Origin: Candidatus Woesearchaeota archaeon
GTDB taxonomy: Archaea > Nanobdellota > Nanobdellia > Woesearchaeales > CG1-02-33-12
Length of the DNA stretch: 49,740 bases
Assembly (NCBI GenBank): GCA_018399355.1
Contig: JAGYOA010000001.1
Coordinates: forward strand, 1-49,740
Reading direction: 5' to 3'
Shown here: positions 42,977 to 49,740 of the stretch, in pieces
Layout: each line of letters starts with the position of its first letter
Position numbering within the stretch: the first letter of the stretch is position 1
Program-made: the position numbers and the translations under genes
The notes under the pieces: generated by a model
Databases searched by the model: none
What the model saw: the letters and a program-made list of their open reading frames with translations, nothing else
What the model was told of the DNA's origin: nothing

Positions 42977-45900
42977 ATGGAAAAAACAAAAATATCAGCA
43001 CTATTCATGATAATGCTAATTTTAATTATACCTTTTTACACATCCTCTGTTTTTGCCCAGGATGAAACAGTTGTTGATAACACTCCACCTTCAATAAATA
43101 TAAAAAATCCTCCTAGTGAAGTAACAGAGCCATTTTTGGATATAGAGGGAACAACGAATGAGCCAGTTATAATTGAAACAACAATAAACTCTAACTTGTA
43201 TAGCACATTAAGTTCAAACCAGGACAACACATTTAAAATACCAATAACCCTGAATGAAGGAAAGAATATAATTGAAATTAAGGTAACTGATGCAGGAGAA
43301 AATTTTGTTGTTAAAGAATTTGAGATTTATTGCGATTCCCAACATCCCCAAATAATGTACAATAACATACATGAGCTTAGTCCCTCATATGTTTCAAAAA
43401 GAACTGTAAGGGGAACAGTAAACAAGCCAGAAATTGATATTGAGGTTTATGTAGGAGATAAAAAATATTCTGGAAAATCTGATTCCCAGGAAACTTCAGA
43501 AGGAATGTATGGTTTTGAAGTGGATATATCTCTTGAAAGAACTCTTAATATTGATGGAACCGGAACAGTAACAACACAGGAGGATAATGTATGGCAAAAT
43601 CCAGTAAAGATAGTTGCAATAGACAACTATGGAAGAAATTCAACTGCGGAAGGAACAATAATTTATACGTTATGCGGATATGGGCATGATTGGGATGTAA
43701 GAACAACAAAAGTTACTCCTGAAGTTATAATACCTGAGCACCTTATAATGGGAATTGCCCAGTTCAGTTTCTCAGCAAATTTAAGCTATTTAGGCAATGC
43801 TGAATCAAATAAGGTTATTATAACAAGCCCTCCCCAGATCACAAGATATGACTTAAGTCAAGCAGATATGGAAGATGAAAAAGGGATTATTTTCAAGGAA
43901 AAATACTATCAGGAACTTTTCAACAGTGCAACGCCTTTCTGCAATGAAGATAATGACGTTTGCTATTTTGTTGTTAATCTTAATTCCTGGCCTTACACAA
44001 GAGAAGAGCTTCAGAATGTTACATTCATAAAGATACCATTAAGGATGGATATATACTATGAGTATGAGGATATCAACGGTAATATAATTGACAACAGCCA
44101 GAGAAACTGCTGGGATATAGAAATAATGGTTGACAAGGAGATTCCTCTTGATAAGATACCTAAAAATCTGCTTAACAAATCAATTAACTTTCTTAACAAA
44201 AGCATTGATTTAATTGATACAATAAGAAAACCTATTGAAACTGTCAAAAAATATACTTTTGTTGCTTGTATTGGCTCATGGGCAGTTCATTTCTTTAAGT
44301 CAATAAGTGTTGAGTTTTCATGTGTTGGAGTAAAAGGAGATGCAATCCCTGCATTGATAAGAGGAGAGGAAACATGTACCACACAAAATATGGATGATGA
44401 AGGAAATTTACTTGACTGTGATGCGTGCCTTCAAAATCTTAAAGAGTTAAGGGAAATTGAAAAAACAAGAAACTGGATATGTGACAGAATATTCTGCCCT
44501 AGTGTACCGACTCTTGACTACCACAAGCAAACGTATGAAGACAGTGTGACAAAGGTAAACCTTTGCAAAGGAGTAGAGGGAATGGAAGGAATACTTGACG
44601 AAGAAGACTGTGAAGAAGAATACAAAAGAGCATGGGATTCTGCATTTTTAATGCTTGATGAGTGGGAAAGGGCCACAGCAGAAGAAAATGAAACAACAGA
44701 AGGCTTTTTTGATATGATTTCAGAAGGTTTGCAGTTCTGCAAAAGAGCAAACGAGCAGACAACGCAGGCCATAACAGTAGGCTCAGGAAGCAAGCAGGAA
44801 ATTTATATAATAACAGAAAAGGGAGATATAATCATGGCCTCAGAATGGGCAAAGTTAGAAGATGTTAAAGAGGAAAAACAGGGTGTTGAAGTACAAGAAG
44901 GCCAAGAACAAATATACTATACTTATGACACAGGACAACCATTAAAAGTAGATGAAAAGGGTTATTTCATTTATAACGGATCTCCAAATAATTTTTATCA
45001 GAATAATAAAGAGGATCATATCTATGTTTGCCCTGATGATAACTTTTGTAATGATGGTAATAAAGATATTACAATGATTAGTGGAAAAGAACTTTACATC
45101 AATGAAAAAGGAGAAATCCAAATTTGGGAAGATGGCACTGATGAAAAGTATGAATCTTCCAAAATTAAAGATAACAATTATAACACTCTTTATAAAGATA
45201 ATAAAGGTAACATAAATATTTATAGTGAAAACACAAGAGAAAGTGATATAAAAAGGCTTCCTCCTATTGTACAGTCAGCAAGAGGCATAGAAGGAGAAAA
45301 CAACTACATTCTTGACCCGACTTCTGACATTATAAGAAGTGTACAGGCCGTATGCCTGCCTGCTGTTTCAGGATGGCTTAACTTATGGAAACAGATACTT
45401 ACTGCAGTAAAGCAGTGCTTTGAATCAATAATGATAACTGGCCAGGGAAGCACAGGGGTTTGCAAGGCAGTATTAACAACATATGTATGTGATATAATCT
45501 ATGATGCAATAAGGTGCACAACAGACTCTTTTGCATTGGGCGCAGGCCAGAAAGCAACAGGAGGACTAGTTGGTTTTGCCCAAAAAATATCAACTGCATC
45601 AAAAGGGGTTTCTGATTCAGTCTCGTCAAGATACGGCCAGACAGGAATGTTTGATGTCATGTTCAACCAAAGAAAACTCATACACTCAAGCTGCTTGTGG
45701 GCATTTACAGGAGACTGGGGGCAGTTTGACCTTGACACTATGTTAAGCGCTGAAGTCGGAATGCCCAACCTTGGAAGCCAGGGACTGCTTTACCCCACTA
45801 CAAGAAGGTTTATTGGATCTAATCCATTAGAATACGGCAGAACAACTTATGTATATCATATCGGCGCTGGAATAATAGCTGGCTCAGACCTTAACTACAA

Positions 45901-47017
45901 AGTTTATCTTAAATGCTCGAATGATAACTCTTGTTTAGAAGGAAGATGTGACTGTTTTTACAAAGGACAGGAAGAGATTTACAGCGTCAATGCAGGAAGC
46001 TTAAAGGCAGGAGAAATATATAATCAGGAATATTATGTGCAGCAGCCAGATCATTCAATAAGGTATGACAAGGCAGTTATTGAATGGAGCTGGACAGACA
46101 ATAATGGCCAAAGGCAGACAGAAACTATTGTTAAAGACCTGCAGGAAAAGGGAGAGGGCACTCCAGTGGAATGTAAGCTTGACCCGACAAGCGGGGAATT
46201 CAGATGCGCTTATATAATAGGAAAATACGGCGATGCAAGGATTGTTGATGTGCTTCCATCTAATGAAAAAAACCTTAACAGAGAGCCTTATTCAATAGGT
46301 GAAACAATTAACTTTGATATAACAGTACATGTTGAAAGCCCAGATCCATCTAATCCAATTCCAAAATATGTCAAATGGAGCCTAAGAAACAGCAAAAATA
46401 AAATGCTTTATAATGACTCATACAAAATAGAAAAAGATGGACTTTCAGAAGAAAATTTTCCCGATAAAAAGGTTGAACAATTATGCTGCGGAACTAGCCC
46501 CAAACTAATCTATTTTGAAGAATTGAGAGACCATGATAAATTAGAAGTAGAAATTATAGAAAGGCCTCCTGATTACAACCAGTTTGCAATAGTTTTTACC
46601 TCCGATGACTACCTAACCATCTATGAAATAGGGAAAAAAGAAGTAAATGAAGATGAAACAGAATGGGAACTACAAGAAGAAATCACAGAAAGGTTATACT
46701 CCTATTTTGATGAAGAACATAGAGAAATAGAATTTACTATTGAATCAAAAAAAGTTAAGTTAGAGATTAAGGGAGATCCAAAAAAAGGAAATGCTGTAGT
46801 TGTTGTAATGCAAAGAGAAGTAAAAAAGCAGGATTGCATTGAAGGCGAGGAAAATATGCACTTCAAGGTTGAGCTGCTTCATTCCAAGACTACTGAAGAC
46901 CACGAAGGAGAGTGCTGTGCAAAGAGAATAGAGACAGAGGACATAAAATTTACTATTGATTGTAATGAATATGATGAAGAGGAAAATGGAGAAGAGGAAG
47001 AAGAAAACAATAGTTAA
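42977..47017 (+). CDS. Cassette B gene 2: giant secreted protein (1346 aa) with Ig-like N-terminal domains and a long Cys-rich region
   Basis: Sec signal 'MEKTKISALFMIMLILIIPFYTSSVFA', nearly superimposable on that of 35339..38419. 'DNTPPSINI', 'CDSQHPQIMYN' domain boundaries. Acidic tail 'EYDEEENGEEEEENNS'. Starts 4 nt after the gene 1 stop. Confidence 0.8.
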   Translation: MEKTKISALFMIMLILIIPFYTSSVFAQDETVVDNTPPSINIKNPPSEVTEPFLDIEGTTNEPVIIETTINSNLYSTLSSNQDNTFKIPITLNEGKNIIEIKVTDAGENFVVKEFEIYCDSQHPQIMYNNIHELSPSYVSKRTVRGTVNKPEIDIEVYVGDKKYSGKSDSQETSEGMYGFEVDISLERTLNIDGTGTVTTQEDNVWQNPVKIVAIDNYGRNSTAEGTIIYTLCGYGHDWDVRTTKVTPEVIIPEHLIMGIAQFSFSANLSYLGNAESNKVIITSPPQITRYDLSQADMEDEKGIIFKEKYYQELFNSATPFCNEDNDVCYFVVNLNSWPYTREELQNVTFIKIPLRMDIYYEYEDINGNIIDNSQRNCWDIEIMVDKEIPLDKIPKNLLNKSINFLNKSIDLIDTIRKPIETVKKYTFVACIGSWAVHFFKSISVEFSCVGVKGDAIPALIRGEETCTTQNMDDEGNLLDCDACLQNLKELREIEKTRNWICDRIFCPSVPTLDYHKQTYEDSVTKVNLCKGVEGMEGILDEEDCEEEYKRAWDSAFLMLDEWERATAEENETTEGFFDMISEGLQFCKRANEQTTQAITVGSGSKQEIYIITEKGDIIMASEWAKLEDVKEEKQGVEVQEGQEQIYYTYDTGQPLKVDEKGYFIYNGSPNNFYQNNKEDHIYVCPDDNFCNDGNKDITMISGKELYINEKGEIQIWEDGTDEKYESSKIKDNNYNTLYKDNKGNINIYSENTRESDIKRLPPIVQSARGIEGENNYILDPTSDIIRSVQAVCLPAVSGWLNLWKQILTAVKQCFESIMITGQGSTGVCKAVLTTYVCDIIYDAIRCTTDSFALGAGQKATGGLVGFAQKISTASKGVSDSVSSRYGQTGMFDVMFNQRKLIHSSCLWAFTGDWGQFDLDTMLSAEVGMPNLGSQGLLYPTTRRFIGSNPLEYGRTTYVYHIGAGIIAGSDLNYKVYLKCSNDNSCLEGRCDCFYKGQEEIYSVNAGSLKAGEIYNQEYYVQQPDHSIRYDKAVIEWSWTDNNGQRQTETIVKDLQEKGEGTPVECKLDPTSGEFRCAYIIGKYGDARIVDVLPSNEKNLNREPYSIGETINFDITVHVESPDPSNPIPKYVKWSLRNSKNKMLYNDSYKIEKDGLSEENFPDKKVEQLCCGTSPKLIYFEELRDHDKLEVEIIERPPDYNQFAIVFTSDDYLTIYEIGKKEVNEDETEWELQEEITERLYSYFDEEHREIEFTIESKKVKLEIKGDPKKGNAVVVVMQREVKKQDCIEGEENMHFKVELLHSKTTEDHEGECCAKRIETEDIKFTIDCNEYDEEENGEEEEENNS

Positions 47018-47807
47018 TTATTTTTCTGATTCTTTTGTACTGATAAAGAAAAATCCATTATACTTTTTTATCCCTGTTTTGATTGATATTACATTTATAT
47101 TTGCATTCTTTTTTGTTTATCACTTTTTCCTTTCAAAAATAATGAATAATTTCTTTTCTCTTTTGATGATGACAGGAAACTCTCTTCAGGGAATCATTGA
47201 GGAAAGTCCTGAATCAGTATTACTTATGCACCAGATGAATTCAGCGATAACAGCTATAATATTGTGGGTTATAAGCCTCATCATCTCAAGTTATTTCATC
47301 TATTCAATATTCCAGTCAGCAAGCTGGTTTTTTGCCGGAAAGTTTGTTCATAAAAAATTAATATTAAAGCAATACATAAAAAGATTTTTTGCTGTAAACA
47401 TAGTCTGGCACATTGCTTTTGTTTTAATATCTTATTTTTATGTAAGGGCAGTTATAATGACAGATATTTTCAATATTTACTCAAACTTACAAGCTGTAAA
47501 GCCAATATCATTAATTTTTATGATAACCCTTGCTTATTTTTCATTGATATCTTATGCACTAATCACAGAAAAAGGATTCAGAAAATCAATTAAAGGATGC
47601 TTTGTCATTGGTTTCAAGAGATTCTTTAGTTTGATTTGTTTTTTTGCTGTTTTTGTATTGATATTTTTGATTATAGACCTTTTGCTTAAGGCTATTTTCT
47701 TAATAAGCGAGCCAGTCATGTTAATAATTGGCATAATCATAATATTCCCAATCATAACATATTTCAGGATTGTTTTAATTTCATTAATAAAGGATTTCTC
47801 AGGATAA
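46956..47807 (+). CDS. Cassette B gene 3: ~6-TM integral membrane protein; paralog of 40192..41034
   Basis: Six hydrophobic segments. All candidate ATGs (46956-46986) lie inside the 3' end of the giant gene, so the exact start is uncertain. Confidence 0.7.
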   Translation: MIVMNMMKRKMEKRKKKTIVNYFSDSFVLIKKNPLYFFIPVLIDITFIFAFFFVYHFFLSKIMNNFFSLLMMTGNSLQGIIEESPESVLLMHQMNSAITAIILWVISLIISSYFIYSIFQSASWFFAGKFVHKKLILKQYIKRFFAVNIVWHIAFVLISYFYVRAVIMTDIFNIYSNLQAVKPISLIFMITLAYFSLISYALITEKGFRKSIKGCFVIGFKRFFSLICFFAVFVLIFLIIDLLLKAIFLISEPVMLIIGIIIIFPIITYFRIVLISLIKDFSG

Positions 47808-47858
47808 AAAAAGCATAAAACAAAAGCTTTTTATATAAATGGTTTTACAAAAAAACTA

Positions 47859-48389
47859 ATGGAAAAGCCGGAAACTATTGAAAATCAGGAATGCCCGATT
47901 TGCAAAACAAAAAATCTTTCTATGACTCAGGAAGAGGTTGAAATTCCATTCTTTGGAAAGGCATTTGTTTTTTCCATGACCTGTTCTAACTGCAAATATC
48001 ATGTTGCAGATGTTGAGGCAGCTGAAACAAAAGAGCCAACAAAACATACAATAGAGATAAGTTCTGAAGAAGATATGAAGATAAGAGTTATTAAGTCATC
48101 ACAGGCAACCATAAAGATTCCTCATATAACCACAATAACTCCCGGGCCTGCATCAACCGGCTATATAACAAACATAGAGGGAATTCTAAGAAGAGTAAGG
48201 CACCAGATAGAAGTTGTTGCTGATGAAGCAGAAGACAATGATGAAAAAAAGAAAGCAAAAAAGATGATTAAAAAGCTTAATAAGGTTATGTGGGGGGATG
48301 AAAAATTAAAGATAACAATAGAAGATCCAAGCGGAAACTCAGCTATAATTTCAGACAAAACAGAATCATCAAAATTAAAAGTAAAATAA
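47859..48389 (+). CDS. Archaeal ZPR1-type zinc-finger protein
   Basis: 'CPICKTK...EIPFFGKAFVFSMTCSNCKYH' is a ZPR1 C4 zinc ribbon, followed by the A-domain-like beta region. Typical size. Confidence 0.75.
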   Translation: MEKPETIENQECPICKTKNLSMTQEEVEIPFFGKAFVFSMTCSNCKYHVADVEAAETKEPTKHTIEISSEEDMKIRVIKSSQATIKIPHITTITPGPASTGYITNIEGILRRVRHQIEVVADEAEDNDEKKKAKKMIKKLNKVMWGDEKLKITIEDPSGNSAIISDKTESSKLKVK

Positions 48390-48440
48390 TTTCTATTTTA
48401 AAATAGTAACATTTTTATATTTCTAATCTAAGTTAAAAAT

Positions 48441-49235
48441 ATGGCAAATACACCAATAAAGATTGGAATCATAGGTGGCTCAGGAGTTTATGACCCAAAT
48501 ATTCTTGATGATATAAAAAAAATAAAAGTTCATACACCATATGGAGCTACATCTGATTTAGTGACAACTGGAAGATTAAAAGGAAGATATGTTTTTTTTA
48601 TTCCAAGGCATGGGCCCAATCATACAATAAATCCCAGCAATGTAAACTACAGAGCAAACATATATGCGCTGAAAAAACTTGGAGTAACACATATACTTGC
48701 ACCCTCAGCAGTCGGCTCTCTTAATGAGGGAATGAAGCCTGGTGATTTTGTTTTCACAGACCAGTTTATTGACAGGACTTATAAGAGGGAAACAAGCTTT
48801 TACACAGGCTCGCAGGTATGCCATATTTCTGTTGCAGAGCCATGCTGCCCTGTATTAAGAAAAATCCTTGTACAAGAAGCAAAAAGACTTAAGTTTCCCT
48901 ATCATGAAAAAGGTTGTTGTGTTGTTGTTGAAGGCCCAAGATTTTCAACAAAGGCAGAATCAAACATGTTCAGGCAATGGAATGCAGACATAATAGGAAT
49001 GACCATGACACCAGAGGTAGTACTTGCAAGAGAAGCAGAAATATGCTATGCAACAATAGGAATGATAACAGACTATGATGTATGGCGTAGTGGTGAAGTA
49101 AGCGGGGAAGAGGTTGCACAAACTATGAAAAACAATATTGAAAAGGTCAGGAAATTACTCATAGAAGTAATCGCAAAAATACCAAAAGAAAGGACATGCA
49201 ATTGCAAGAATGCCTTGGAAGGGGCTTTTCTTTAG
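48441..49235 (+). CDS. mtnP: S-methyl-5'-thioadenosine phosphorylase (MTAP, PNP/UDP_1 family)
   Basis: 'IGIIGGSGVYD', 'FIPRHGPNHTINPSNVNYRANIYALKKLGVTHILAPSAVGSL', 'VVVEGPRFSTKAESNMFRQWNADIIGMTMTPEVVLAREA', 'TDYDVW'. Confidence 0.9.
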   Translation: MANTPIKIGIIGGSGVYDPNILDDIKKIKVHTPYGATSDLVTTGRLKGRYVFFIPRHGPNHTINPSNVNYRANIYALKKLGVTHILAPSAVGSLNEGMKPGDFVFTDQFIDRTYKRETSFYTGSQVCHISVAEPCCPVLRKILVQEAKRLKFPYHEKGCCVVVEGPRFSTKAESNMFRQWNADIIGMTMTPEVVLAREAEICYATIGMITDYDVWRSGEVSGEEVAQTMKNNIEKVRKLLIEVIAKIPKERTCNCKNALEGAFL

Positions 49236-49277
49236 AAAACCTTTTATACCAATAAAAAAATAAAAACTGGTGGTTTT

Positions 49278-49740
49278 ATGGAATTAAGAGACAAGATAAG
49301 GACTATTCCTAATTTTCCAAAAAAAGGGATAATGTTCAAGGACATAACAACATTGTTAAAAGACCATCATGCTTTCAGGCATGTCATAAGGCAGATTCTT
49401 AATTACTTTGATGGAAAAGAGATAAATGTTGTTGCAAGCGCTGAATCTCGCGGCTTTATCCTTGGTGCTGTTCTTGCCCATGAACTCCATGCTGGTTTTG
49501 TTCCTTTAAGAAAGCCAGGAAAGCTTCCTTACAAGACAATAAGACAGGAATTCCAGACAGAGTATAGTACAGATGCTTTTGAAATACATGAGGATGCGAT
49601 TGAAAAAGGAGATAAAGTATTGATAGTCGATGACCTTCTTGCAACAGGAGGGACTGCAAAGGCCGCTGTTGATTTAATTGAAAAACTTGAAGGAAAGGTT
49701 GTTGGATTGGCTTTCATAATAGAATTAAGCTTTTTGAAAG
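49278..49740 (+). CDS. apt: Adenine phosphoribosyltransferase, 3' end truncated by the window edge (not in the supplied ORF track)
   Basis: My translation from ATG 49278: 'MELRDKIRTIPNFPKKGIMFKDITTLLKD...VVASAESRGFILGAVLAHELHAGFVPLRKPGKLP...VLIVDDLLATGGTAKAAVDLIE'. It carries the PRPP-binding motif and has no stop before nt 49740. Confidence 0.9.
   Translation, partial: MELRDKIRTIPNFPKKGIMFKDITTLLKDHHAFRHVIRQILNYFDGKEINVVASAESRGFILGAVLAHELHAGFVPLRKPGKLPYKTIRQEFQTEYSTDAFEIHEDAIEKGDKVLIVDDLLATGGTAKAAVDLIEKLEGKVVGLAFIIELSFLK

Noticed and set aside
1-49740. Search for tRNA, rRNA, other structured RNA genes, CRISPR arrays and mobile elements
   Set aside because: All intergenic gaps are at most ~180 nt, AT-rich and occupied by promoter or terminator-like sequence. 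I saw no GC-rich islands, cloverleaf-capable segments, spaced repeats, transposase or integrase ORFs, or terminal inverted repeats. The cassette duplication at 33-48 kb is divergent at the DNA level and is not flanked by IS-like sequences.

Overview
This is an AT-rich, very gene-dense archaeal window. It most likely comes from a small-genome DPANN-type archaeon. That placement is an inference from a form III RuBisCO, Taw3, an archaeal ZPR1-type zinc finger, pilins with class III signal peptides, TATA boxes about 27 nt upstream of first-gene ATGs (leaderless mRNAs), and TGA used as a stop in ATGA overlaps. Recognisable housekeeping genes are hisS, metG, an OBG-family GTPase, NFACT and YhbY RNA-binding proteins, a YkgJ Cys-cluster protein, taw3, MTAP and apt (truncated at the 3' edge and absent from the ORF track). 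Roughly two thirds of the window (12.6-47.8 kb) encodes cell-surface machinery in three blocks. (i) Three secreted or anchored beta-sandwich proteins lie at 12.6-16.2 kb. (ii) An ~11 kb minus-strand archaeal type IV pilus locus lies at 18.3-29.3 kb. It encodes an unknown 74-aa-repeat protein, a PilB/FlaI-type ATPase, two single-domain T2SSF membrane proteins, a stand-alone major pilin with its own promoter and terminator, at least five more pilin-like proteins, a vWA putative adhesin and a SAM methyltransferase. (iii) The most unusual block, at 33.2-47.8 kb, is two tandem paralogous, translationally coupled cassettes. Each encodes a 630-710 aa protein with a pilin-type (class III) signal peptide, a giant Sec-secreted Ig-like/Cys-rich protein (two genes in copy A, apparently one fused gene in copy B) and a ~280 aa 6-TM membrane protein. 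I recognise no characterised family for any of these. Other uncharacterised modules are three tandem overlapping paralogs (2.9-4.6 kb) and a three-gene operon ending in a TIM-barrel protein split by a ~260 aa insertion (7.3-11.2 kb). I found no rRNA, tRNA, CRISPR array, transposase or integrase. All homology statements come from motif recognition by eye, not from database searches.
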